Shown here: piece after piece, positions 1 through 10,594 of the stretch | Layout of the letters: each line of letters begins with the position of its first letter | Position numbering within the stretch: position 1 is the stretch's first letter | Position numbers and translations under genes: made by a program | Notes under the pieces: generated by a model | The model's database searches: none | Told to the model about the DNA's origin: nothing | The model's input: the letters and a program-made list of their open reading frames with translations, nothing else | NCBI GenBank assembly: GCA_043228905.1 | Contig: JBHGNT010000012.1 | Span: 4,216,001-4,280,000 of the forward strand | Length of the DNA stretch: 64,000 nucleotides | Direction: 5' to 3' | Origin: Azolla caroliniana | Lineage: Eukaryota; Plantae; Polypodiophyta

Positions 1-2606
1 CAACGATCAACTCCCTCGATCGGAGCGCTTGACTCGAACATCTCCGTCGGTTAGCGAATCTTCATCGACATGAACATTCCCGTTCTATCGGTTCACGAAC
101 TTTGGTATCCTCTTTTGGGTCCTTAAAAACGTTGTGTGTATGTATATCTTCCTTTTGTTGATTTTGTGAGTTGTGTGTGGATCGCATCCATTTCTTTTAG
201 GTTGATAGAATTTCGTAGGTGCCCTTTGGTTTTTAAAATTCTATCATGTACCCTTATGTTTTTAAAGTTATGCTTGATACCCCTTAAATGTTTTAAAATT
301 TCATGGATGCCCTCATCTCCTTTTTTCCCTCTCTCTTTTTTCTGTTTGCTTCTATCTCTCCTGCTCGTGTTTGTCTGTCCATGCCTTTCTCTTCTTCCAT
401 GAATTCTTCTTTCTCTTCCTTCTTTGTTCATCAACGGCTACATCTCCTTCCACGTGTTCTTCCTCTTCTTCTTCGTTTTCGTCTTCTTCTTCTTCTTCTT
501 CTTCTTCTTCTATGCATTTCCCTTCTCTCATCTTCTTATTTTGTGCATGTCTACATCTTTCTTCTCAGCGTTGTCTTTGTTTTGGTTGTCGTGGTTGGTG
601 TCCAACCATCTGGCCACTCCGGCCATTGTTCGGCTATTCCGGCCGCTTCGGCCGCTCGTCTGTCTCCATCTCCCGCCGTGGTCATCTCTAACCGCTGTTG
701 TCGTCCTTGTCCGGCTGCCTCCGTTCGGCCACTATGACCGCTCTTAGGTTGCTCTCCGGCCTCTCCTCCGTCTCTGTCGGCGTTCAGTTGTCGTCGTCGT
801 CATCATCTTTCTGCTGTGAGTTCGGTCTGTCGTCCCGACCGTCTGTCTGTTTCTCCGTCTGTTTGGCCCTCGATGGCTCGGCTGCTCCAACCTTTGTCCG
901 GCTATTCCAGTCGCTCTTCAACTGTTATATACCCATTCCGACTGCTCTCTGGCCGCTCCGACTGCTCTTCAGTTGTTGTCCAGCCATTCCGACCACTCTC
1001 CGGCCACTTCGGCCGCTCCAGTTGCTCGTCTCTGTGTCCGGCTTCCTTCGTTTCCCCGGCCTTGTCCAGCCCTCCGGCGGCTCCGGCTGATCCAGCCACT
1101 GTCCGGCTATTTCGACCGGTTTTTGGCTCTTTTGGCTGCTCTTTCCGCTGTCTGGCCCATCTGGCCATGTCTGTCCGGTCCTTCTCCAGATTTCTCTATC
1201 GACGGGCTTGTCGGCCCTATTCGGCCGTCTATTTTGGCCAAGGTTCTTCGCTTTTCAGCGTCACTGTCGCTGTTTCGCCAGTGTACTCCGCTGTTTGTGT
1301 CCAACGTGTCTCTAGCCAGTTGTACGGCCGACTCCGTCATCATTCCGGCCGCCATCATTTGTTTGGCCACCGATGTCGCTTCATCCTGCCCTTGTCTCGG
1401 CCGTTGTTCGGTTGCCATCCGTCTTTGACCCTATCTTTTCGGTCCTTCGTTCATTCTTCCGTCCATCCATTCAGTAGTTCGTTCTTTCTTTCCGACCATC
1501 AAGTCTATCTTCAGCAGTCTTTGTCTCTTCGCATATCTATCGTTGTCCGACTGTCTTCGTTCATCCCGACCGTTGTCCCCTGTCATCTCCGTTGTTCGAC
1601 ACGAATGTCCATGTCTTTCTGGTTGTCCGGTTCTTGTCCCGATCATCTTTGGTCTGGCCATCGTCGTCGTTGTTGTTGTTGATCTCTCTGTCATTCCGGT
1701 TGTCGCTATGTCTATTTCTTTTTTTTCGTTATCATGGTCATTTCCAACACATTGTTGTCGCCATTTCTTGCATAGTACCGATTTGATTTGCTACACATCA
1801 TAAATTCGATTTATCGCACATCATCGATTTGATTTCATGCACATTTTGTTGTCGCCATGGCTTTGCCGCGTATTAGTCTTCAACTTCATCTTCAAAGGGG
1901 GTCGCCTTAGTGGTCGCCAAAAAGTGTTGTAAGTTTTAGGGTTAGGGTTGATGGTGATGGTGATCGAAAGCCGTCGAGGAATGCAACATGGTGATGCTAT
2001 GCGCAAGGAAGATGAAGAATGATGTGTGGTGATGATCTGCGAGAAATGGAATTGACGACGATGAGCAACAAATGGCAACAATGATGTGCATGAGAAGTGG
2101 GAAATGGCAAATTGATTGTGGCACAATTCTATGAACTAATGTTTATATCAATGGAAGTGCGGAGGAGAGAGGGACCCAACCGTCACAAGCCGTATCTTCC
2201 AAATGTGGGAGAATGCATTTCTATTCACATACTACCAAACAAATACTGCTAGAAAAAACGAATGACAAGACCCAAAAAATGACTGAATAGACATCAACAA
2301 GCCGGACGGACAGACAACGGCTGGACCAACGACCAGAATGCAAAGAGATGGCCAAAAACCCTAAGCAGGGACAACGGCCATAGGAGCAATGTCCTGACAA
2401 TGACAGCGAACAAGTGACAATCGGAGAGCGACCGGAGCAAAACAAGCTGCGAGAGAGCAGTAGCAGGAGAGCGACCAAACCGACGGCCAGATGAAGCAGC
2501 GGCGACCAGACAAGTCGACCGAGATGACGACGATGCTTGACGACGGCCGGCTGACGGAGACGACCACAGAGAAGCAGCAGCCGCATCAGGAGAGTTCCGA
2601 ACAGAG

Positions 2607-3320
2607 AGGGGCTAGATAGCAATAGGAAATAGGTCCCTCTGGATGGGAAGTGAGAAGAACAGTGCTGATGAGCAAACTCGGCTGAGGCCGATAGGCCGAG
2701 GCCGAAACCGGATGTGGAGTACCCGGCAACGGAAGACCCGGTGAGAACCGGATGTGGAGTACCCGACAACGAAAGACCCGGTGAGAACCGGATGACTAGT
2801 ACCTGGCAACGGAAGACCCAGTGAGAACCGGATTACGAGTACCCGGCAACGGAAGACCCAGTGAGAACCGGATGGCGAAGGCCTGGTGAGAAGTGCTCAC
2901 CGGATGAAGGGACATATTCGTAAATATGTTTTCTAAGAGTCCATCGGGGCTATATTTGTAAATAGCCGAAAAGTCATATTAGTATAAATATGACTTAGTG
3001 TGGAGTGGTTGTCATTCTTGTTGGTGCAAGATTAGAGTGCATAATTGTGTACAGAGAGAGAGAGAGAGGAAGAGGTCATTGCCTCTGTTGTAACCGCCGC
3101 CTGTGACGAAGATAGCAAGCTCGAGGTCGTTGCCTCGGTGCTATAGTGATAGTTTGCAGTCTGTGGGCTACCGTGGTTTTTTCCTAGTTTGGGTTTTCCA
3201 CGTTAACATCTTGTGTACTCTTCTCTTCATAGTGTCGTGCGTACATTACCCGTTTTCTGTGTTTTGATCCTAGGCTCGGTTGTGGCCGAGTGTTGTTCAT
3301 CGGGAGCGTGTGTTCATGTC
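2607..3320 (+). mobile_element. LTR-like fragment (solo-LTR relic) inserted in the right arm of the foldback element
   Basis: Interrupts the arm-to-arm alignment. Contains TATA-like tataaata (about 2984), a GA tract, and ccgtggtttttt...gggttttccacgttaa...tcttgtgt, a motif typical of the 3' part of plant Copia LTRs. No clean TG...CA ends. Confidence 0.45.
2707..2885 (+). repeat. 40-bp tandem repeat, about 4.5 copies
   Basis: Unit accggatgtggagtacccggcaacggaagacccggtgaga starts at 2707, 2747, 2787, 2827 and 2867. Confidence 0.9.
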
Positions 3321-4174
3321 ACGACCAAATATTGGCCGAAGAGAGGAAAGAGCAGTTGGAAGGGCCGGAAACCAGTCGGAATAGCCGGATAGTGGCTGTA
3401 GCGACCAGAGCGACCGCAAGGCCGGACAATGCCGGGGAAGCAGAAAGGCGGCCGGGACGACAGACCGGACGCACAACTGGAAGACAACGAACAAATGGCT
3501 GGGACAATAGCTGAACAACGACCGGAGTGGTGGCAAATAATCAGCGACGGCGGCGAAAAATTAGGGATGAAGATGGCCGGACAACAGACAGCCGAGTAGA
3601 AGCAGTCAGATGAACGACGATGCCAGACAATGGCAGAATGGGTTGGACGAACCAGACAGACGAGCGGATGGGATGGACAAGCCCCGGATAGCCGACGCCC
3701 GGACAAACGACCGGGTAGATGCTGGACAAGGCGACGGATGATGGCCGGAATAGCAACCATTGAATGGTTGCAGAGGCGGCCGAAAAGACACGGCCAAAAG
3801 AATAGAGTCGAAGACCGAAACAGCAACAAACTGTCAGCCACACAAACAGGAAAAAGAAGAAAAAAAGGATGATGTCTGAGAAAGAAGATGCCGAAACAGA
3901 GAAAGAAAACAAGAGAGAAGACAAAGAAGAGGAAACAGACAACGATAAGAGAGAGAGAGAGAGAGAAAACGCAAACAAAAAAAAGGAGAGAGAAGACAAA
4001 GAAGAAGAAACAGACAAGACAACGATAAGAGAGAGAGAGAGAGAAAACGCAAACAAAACAAAAAGGAGAGGGAAAAATAAGAGAAAGGAAAAATAGAATG
4101 GCATTAAAGGAAATTTTGCAAATATGAGGCTAGAGAAAGGAAAAATAGAAGGGCACCAGATCATGGATTCACCC

Positions 4175-4830
4175 TAGCCCCAGCCCTATCTTCGACTTGT
4201 TCTTCACGACCTGTTTTTCATCCTTCAATTGTTTGATCAGGCTCGCGGTTGCCACTTCTTGGCTTCTGTAGTGCATGAGTTGGGTCTGATAGGTCGTCTG
4301 AACTTTGTTCAGAGCCATTGTAGCACGCTCTGTTGCCTCTGAGTGCTGCCGGGTCAGCTCTACCTGTTCTTTCGCCGCTCCCGCCAGTTGTTTCGCTACT
4401 TCAACCCCCTTCGACTATTCTTCTACCAAGGTTGCCACGGTCCGGTTAACCTCATCCCGAAGTTCCTGTAACTTCTCTTGTTGTCGGTCAGTTTCGGTGA
4501 TCAATTTCTTGTGTTCCGCATCCAAGTGTTTGTGATCCCGGTGCAGCCGATCAAAGTCTTCCGTTTTCTGTTTCAATCGTTGGTTGATCAGACGGTGAGC
4601 ACGGTCTTCCCGGTCCTTTTGTTGCCGGAGTTCTTCCTTGAGTCGCTCGATCTCTACTTCCGCCGAGCGCTGAAGTTTGTCCTTTTCCTGCAGGAGTTTT
4701 TCTTTTTCTTCCTTCAGCCGGTCATATGCTTGATGACCTTTTCTCAAGCTGCCGAGGCTGTCGGCCATCTTCCTTTGTTCCTCCTCTGCCATTTTTTTCA
4801 ATTCTCGGTCCTTGGCTCATAAGGCTCTTA
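4175..4830 (-). pseudogene. Coiled-coil protein fragment (about 210 codons, internal stop at 4415), probably TE-derived
   Basis: ORF 4415..4801 is E/K/R/Q-rich with heptad periodicity. The frame continues past the stop (SKGVEVAKQLAGAAKEQVELTRQHSEATERATMALNKVQTTYQTQL...). Both ends are cut by other elements. Confidence 0.45.
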
Positions 4831-4980
4831 TGTAGCATTTATGTTCATCATTTTTTATAATTGACACATATTTCTCTATTTCCTTCTTAATCAAACATGT
4901 CACCCATCCTTGTGCTCTTCTTTGTCTTGGATTTTTCTCCCATATCAAAGAGTGTACATTATAGTTTCCTAATCTTTGAA
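4831..4980 (-). mobile_element. LINE ORF2 APE-endonuclease fragment (downstream half of the LINE split by the Sola2 insertion)
   Basis: Joining 30530 to 4980 across one TGAA copy gives the in-frame ...LLIETWEHDTQRIQRLGNYNVHSLIWEKNPRQRRAQGWVTCLIKKE, with APE-type ETW and GxVxxLIK motifs. Confidence 0.8.
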
Positions 4981-5269
4981 GGGTGAAAACATGCGAATGG
5001 AAACAATTAGCTATGCCCTTGACATAGGTAATTAGCTATGCAAAAAGCTACCAGTGATAAATAGTCATTTTTGCACTATGAATGAAAACATTAGAATGTT
5101 TTAATTATATAAATGAGCACCATAAATGGATATATTCACCATAAATTATACACCGAATTCCTAGGTCCATTATGCATGATCCATTGTCACATCACGTTGG
5201 CCATCACTTTGTGACTATTCAAGCTTAAATTATTGTCACTATTCCTAACCCTATTGAGTCCATTCCTCC

Positions 5270-5650
5270 ATTGCTGCCATTCTACACTCAGTTGTCGTCA
5301 CTATGCGGTCCAAGCATCATCTGCCATTGTTCGATCCGACGGAGTTCACTCCTCCATTGCCGTCATTCTATACTAAGTTACCGCCACAGTTCGGTCCAAG
5401 AATCATCTGCCACTATTCGCTCCTATTGAGTTCTGTTGCCACCATTCTACACTTAGTTGTTGCTACTATTCAGTTGTGGATTGTTGCTACTATTCGATCC
5501 GACGGAGTTCACTCTCCTCCATTTCCCCCATTCTACACTCAGTTGCCACCACTGTGCGTCCCAACCATCATCTGCCATTGTTCGATCTGACGGAGTTCAC
5601 TCCATTTCCACCATTCTACACTCAGTTGCCGCCATTGTTCGGTCCTGGAT
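5270..5650 (+). repeat. Degenerate tandem repeat (about 76-88 bp unit, about 5 copies) in the Sola2 left subterminal region
   Basis: ccattctacactcagttg or variants recur at about 5277, 5362, 5440, 5528 and 5612; ttcgatccgacggagttcactc recurs three times. Confidence 0.8.
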
Positions 5651-6346
5651 TGCAATGATTGTTCTGTCTGTTGATAATCTTGTGTATTGTTGTATATAAT
5701 CTTGTGTATTGCGGAATAATTTTTTGTATTGTTGTTGCCCATAGTCATCTTACCTCTTTCCCGACGGTGGTTGAGTATCCTTCACTCCGTTGCAACAAAC
5801 ATAAACTTACCAATGGTGGGATCACTCTTGTGAATCACCGGTTTGCATGTGGTTTAGTAACTACCTATGTGTCTTTCTTTGTGGAATTTTACTAATGAAT
5901 ATGTCAAGCCAAATGGAAGGGGAAGGAGGGTGTTTACCAATACCCCTCATGGATCATCAGGATAGGGATGACGCTATCAGGACACAACAAGCAATACGAA
6001 AGTATTGGGCAAAAAGAAGAAAGAAACATCATAGAGAGAAAGGTTGTAGACCAAGCACATCAGCAATGAAGACAAGAAGGTAGTACTTTATGGAATATTA
6101 AATGATCCATCGATAAAGGAGTTTGTTGATTGTGATGGTCTTAATGCAAACATAACATTTGTACTACTAAATAATCTTGAAACATAAAGGAGTTTTGTAT
6201 CCATAAGCAGGACAAAAGATGATCTTGTCTTAAAAAGGTCTAGTCTAATGATTTTACTTAATAGTCATGTTTACGATTTTAACATTAGTGTGCTATCTAA
6301 GGTAATTGGTGTTAGTACAAAAATTGTGTACAATACAATGAACCGG

Positions 6347-7024
6347 TGTCGCGTTGGTACACGCGTGCGTGGAGAACAAGGCGGGACCACTAGGGTCTTG
6401 GACCGAGGAATAGGTGAGAAGAGGGAGAGAGAGAGAGAGAGCGAGAGAGCGAGAGACGCTCACACACATATAGACAAAGAAGCACACGGGGACGCGGCCC
6501 AACAACACAGGAGACACGAGTTGAGAACGCTAGCTTATGTATATAAATATGTGTATGTATTTGTATGTATGCAGACGACTCGAACGGTTACAGCCGATCA
6601 GGTCGGCGAGATGGATGCCGGCACCTGATCACCCACGCACACAGGAGAGCAAGATGGAGATTCTGCCAAAAGCACACGGGCGTTGCACGGAGCAGGATCA
6701 GCCTCCTGAGAACCTATGCAAAAGAAAGCTATGGAGAACGACAGAGAAGAAGAGCTCGGTCCCAGTCCGACAGCACTTCGTCCCCTCTAGCGTGCGATAC
6801 CTTCTCTCCCCCGTCTCCCTCTCTTTTATAGCTCAAGGAGGGAGGCCGTTTCACCCGTTTACATCACATTAATTCTCTGTCCTTTCCCCTATAGAATATT
6901 GCTACCTAGGATTTGACCTTTGTGCCTACCTATCTACTATACAACAAGGGGCGTGCCCACGTCTAAGGGCCGGTTCACACACAGTATACACGGTTTGCGC
7001 CTGGGGACGGTTTTCTTCATGACA
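6347..7024 (-). repeat. 3' LTR of Gypsy-1 (678 bp)
   Basis: Near-identical to 12737-13449. PPT ggtgggggcgga (minus strand) lies immediately inside at 7025-7036. Confidence 0.97.
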
Positions 7025-7100
7025 TCCGCCCCCACCTAAACGCGCATCCACCGGTATGCGCCAAAATTGGGTTCCTACGGGAGAAAACCGATCCTTGCTT

Positions 7101-9005
7101 TTATTCCTCGTTTACCAGTTCATCCTCCGCCTCGGGCTGCTCGTCGTTGCTGTCCATGCCCCCTAGCTCTGGCTCACCGTCGTGTCGTTTCTTGAACGCT
7201 TTGATCCTCTTCCCCGCTACCGGTATCGCCATTCTCGTACCGTCGAGCTCCGCGAGATGGTACGTCCCATTGCCGTTGGCGCCTGTTACTACGTAAGGCC
7301 CGAACAACCTCCTCGCAAACTTCCGTGTGGCCCTGTGCTGATTGTCGAGGCTGCTGTCGTAGACTAGCACCCAGTCGCCTTCCTCGATCTTCCTTGGCCG
7401 GAGCCGGTGTGTTCGGTCGAACCAGGCTTTGTTCCTTATCCTCGCTACCCAAAGTTTCTCCACGGCTCGCTCTACGTCCTCCGGCCTCCGCTCGAGCTGT
7501 CGAATCCGCGCCGCCAACAGTTCCTCCCGGCTCATCTCATCCCTCCAATCCACCGTGGCCCACGAGGAGATCGTTCGCTTTGTTGGCATGATCGGCTTCT
7601 GTCCGAACATAAGCTCGGCCGGCATGAACCCGATTACTGAATTGTGCGTAGTCCGGTCCGCCCACAAGGCATAAGGTAGCAGCCGTGGCCAATTCCCGAC
7701 TTGGCCTCTGCACGCCCGTACTAGCGCTTTGACAATTGGCCCGTGTCCGCGCTCCACCTTCCCGTTCGCCTCTGGATTGTACGTTGTGGTGAGCCAAAGT
7801 TTGACTCCTAGCCGGTCGAACAGCTCTTCGGCCTCTTCTGCGTCCAACTCACCACGGTCAACCACGATCTTCCCTACGCACCCGTATCGGCATACCACGT
7901 CCTCAATCAAAAACCGGCATATGGCTGCAGTCGTCTTGTTCTGCAGGGCTCGGCCTTCAACCTGGTTTGTTAGATCCTCCCGAGCCAGCACCAGATATCG
8001 CATTTGTCCTACCTCCATTGGCATCGTCACCAAATCCACCATCCATTTGAAGTGGACGGTCGGAGGGTAGGTTGGGTGAAGCTCGTCCCGGTGTCGGATC
8101 ATGGAATGGACCTGGCAGCTTTCGCAAGTCGCCACGAACCGATGCACGTCCTGGTATAGTCCCAGCCACCAGTACTTCCCTTTTAGCTTTTCAAATGTGG
8201 CCCACGTTCCACGGTGTCCAGCCCAAGGACTATCGTGGTACGCCACCAGCAAATCCTCTTGTTCCTCCTTCTTCGCCACCACTCGGAGCGGCATGCCGTT
8301 CCTCTTCTTCGGGTGCTTCCATATGTACCCGTCCTGGAGAAAGAATCGGTAGGATTTCTTCTGAATCCGGTTGGCCTCGTCTGTTGTCCATGCCGCGTCC
8401 GGTGTCATTGTTTTCAGGAACCCGCCGATCTGCAGCCACTCTCCATCGTACTTGCTCTCGTCAAAATCATTAAGCGTTGGAGTGCATTCCCTGCCTGTTG
8501 TTACGTGAGCCGCCTTGAAGAAGTCCATGCCGACTTCCTCGTCCTCCGAAACCATGCCGCCCTTGTTTTCGAACCTCGCCCTTGAAAGCATGTCGGCCAT
8601 GGCATTGTCTTTCCCGGAAATGTGTCGTATTTCCGGATTCAGGGACTTGATGTACGCTATCCACCTGAGCATTGCCAGGTCCGGCGTCGCGCATCCGGAA
8701 ACCATGCCAAGAATTGGCAGGCAGTCCGTCTCGATAATTACCTCTGCCTCGATCAGGTAGTCTTTATCGGCCTTTACCGCCGATACGATACCCCAGAGCT
8801 CGCGTTTAACCTGGGTGTATCCTCGTTGTCGCTCGCTGAGGACCTTCGCGCCGAACCGGATCGGGAAACGCATGTCGTCCTTGTCCTCTTGGTTGACGAC
8901 CCATCCGATCCCAGTCGGACTCATGTCTATCGTTACGTAAATTGGAGTGTCCTTTCCGTAGACAGCCTTTCGGAGCGCCGGAGTTGCGGCAAGTGCTTCC
9001 TTCAT
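7101..9005 (-). CDS. pol: Gypsy pol 3' part: RNase H + integrase (HHCC zinc finger, rve core, GPY motif; no chromodomain)
   Basis: KRELWG, ETDC, NAMADMLSR, YHDSPWAGHRG..CESC, KWMVDL, YNPEANGKVERGH, FGPYVV. Confidence 0.93.
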   Translation of the reverse strand: MKEALAATPALRKAVYGKDTPIYVTIDMSPTGIGWVVNQEDKDDMRFPIRFGAKVLSERQRGYTQVKRELWGIVSAVKADKDYLIEAEVIIETDCLPILGMVSGCATPDLAMLRWIAYIKSLNPEIRHISGKDNAMADMLSRARFENKGGMVSEDEEVGMDFFKAAHVTTGRECTPTLNDFDESKYDGEWLQIGGFLKTMTPDAAWTTDEANRIQKKSYRFFLQDGYIWKHPKKRNGMPLRVVAKKEEQEDLLVAYHDSPWAGHRGTWATFEKLKGKYWWLGLYQDVHRFVATCESCQVHSMIRHRDELHPTYPPTVHFKWMVDLVTMPMEVGQMRYLVLAREDLTNQVEGRALQNKTTAAICRFLIEDVVCRYGCVGKIVVDRGELDAEEAEELFDRLGVKLWLTTTYNPEANGKVERGHGPIVKALVRACRGQVGNWPRLLPYALWADRTTHNSVIGFMPAELMFGQKPIMPTKRTISSWATVDWRDEMSREELLAARIRQLERRPEDVERAVEKLWVARIRNKAWFDRTHRLRPRKIEEGDWVLVYDSSLDNQHRATRKFARRLFGPYVVTGANGNGTYHLAELDGTRMAIPVAGKRIKAFKKRHDGEPELGGMDSNDEQPEAEDELVNEE

Positions 9006-9190
9006 CTTTCAGACAGACTCTGTATGCTCGTCTCTCCACTCGAATTTTCACCCCTTTTTCAGCAACCTGTATAACGGCTCCGCGACGTGAGAGTAATGCG
9101 GGATCCATATGTGGTAGAACACGCACGCTCCCAAGAACCTCCGAACCTCCGTGACTGAGCTACAGTCGTCCTTCATCGCAGAGATGGCTT

Positions 9191-10594
9191 CTACCTTAGC
9201 CGGAGACGGTTTCCGGCCGTACGACCCGCATGGTGTCCGACGACCATGATCTCTGATTGCTCGAAGGCCGATTTTCCCCCAGAGAAGGTGAGCCTCGCGC
9301 CCTCCAACCTCTGCAGCACCTTCTCGCAGTCATCGATGTGCGTCGCCACGAATTTCCGGCACCCGTCCGGTCCGATCGTCTCGTCCCTTTCCTCCATCGG
9401 GCATCCCTTGATCGGGACGTCATCCAGAAACGGCATGGTGATGTCCGGGATGCAATCCCTCAACACCTTGTTCATTGCGTTCACCATGTGAGCCACCGAG
9501 TTCGTCCCTCCTTGTGGTAGGGTACACATCCGTACTAGGCCGAGAGGAGTTCGCATTGTCGTGATGTCTCTGCTCTCTATGGCTAGCTGGAACTGATCGT
9601 ACCCCGAGTAGAGATCACCGACCGAGTAAATCGACCTTCCGGCGAAGGCCTCCGCGAACTCGTTTATTGTCGGTCCGATTCCTGCGTTTCGAATGGTCAC
9701 CTTGTTGACCGGCTGCAGGTCTTGAATAAAGCGCAGCGTGCCGTCCTTCTTCGGCACGGTAAACCACCGATTCGAGTATGGGGCACTCGACGGTTCGAGG
9801 ATTCCCATCTCGACCTTCTGCTTTAACAGCTCCATCATCTTCGGGATGTGAGCTCTGGATACTGGAATCGGTTTGAGACTCCACGGCACATGCGGTACCG
9901 TGAATATCACCATCGGTTCCACGACTATCGGGTCTACGCACCCGATCTCCTCCGGTGAGAATGCGAAAGCCTTCCCGTGCCTTCCGAGCATTCCTCGAAA
10001 ACAGTCCTCTTCCGCTAGCAGTAGGAAGCCGCCCCCACCGATTTTGAGCTCGCACAGCATTATGTCGGTGAACGTGTGTCCTATGCGGGCCGGATTTCGT
10101 AAACTCGGGTCCGACGCAACCCCCTTTATTCGCAACTCGCTACCCTCCGGCAAGGGAGCCGCGACTGGCCTCACCTTCCGGTCCACAGTCTTGTACCTCG
10201 TGTCCACCCGGGCCGTCCGATCCGACTCGAGCCCTCTACTGAAGTCCGCGATGACTTTGTACATCCTTTCCGAACATACTGGAATCGTCCGGTCCTCTTT
10301 AAGGACTCCTCCGACTACCTCTCACAGCTCCCCCAAGGTATCGTCGAAAGAGACCGCCTCCACGGCTCCGTTGATTTCCTCTTCAAGGCCACGGATACCA
10401 CATGCCGGAAATTGCTCCTCCACCCTTTTCTTCTTCCGGCCAACAACGTCAACTATCATATACCCTCCGTTGTCGGAGAACCAAAATTTCCTACTTATAG
10501 TACAGGTCTTCTTCACTATCGTACACTTGTGGGGTGTTCCCGGAGTGTCCGGACTATCGCGGCCCCACGCCTTGATAGCCCTCTCTAAAATTCC
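9191..10594 (-). pseudogene. pol: Gypsy pol 5' part: reverse transcriptase (premature stop at 10322, frameshift near 9230)
   Basis: SSAPYSNRWFTVPKKDGTLRFIQDLQPVN, DLYSGYDQ, LPQGGTNS, MPFLDD. Confidence 0.92.

Larger units (their letters stand above)
104..4174. mobile_element. Degenerate long inverted-repeat (foldback/MULE-like) non-autonomous element; arms about 104-1800 and 2220-4174, right arm interrupted at about 2607-3320
   Basis: The reverse complement of 3320-3500 aligns with about 990-1165 (ttccccggcattgtccggcc...cagccactatccggctattccgactggttt vs ttccccggccttgtccagcc...cagccactgtccggctatttcgaccggttt). CT/TTC-rich 330-600 mirrors GA/GAA-rich 3850-4100. Ends are only weakly similar and no TSD was found, so boundaries are approximate. 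Confidence 0.55.

Noticed and set aside
2707-2885. CRISPR-like appearance of regular repeats (also 5270-5650, 43250-43570 and the AGCT arrays)
   Set aside because: Tandem units without unique spacers, no cas genes, and a eukaryotic context.
123-4164. Many ORFs of 60-288 aa on both strands
   Set aside because: Low-complexity translations of a stop-poor, GC-rich inverted repeat and microsatellites; no domain motifs.
6342-6346. 5-bp TSD ACCGG for Gypsy-1
   Set aside because: It would use the terminal A of the LTR's CA; the LTR-LTR comparison and frame restoration support 4-bp CCGG.
6248-6872. ORFs repeated at 12554-13274
   Set aside because: Chance frames inside the two LTR copies.
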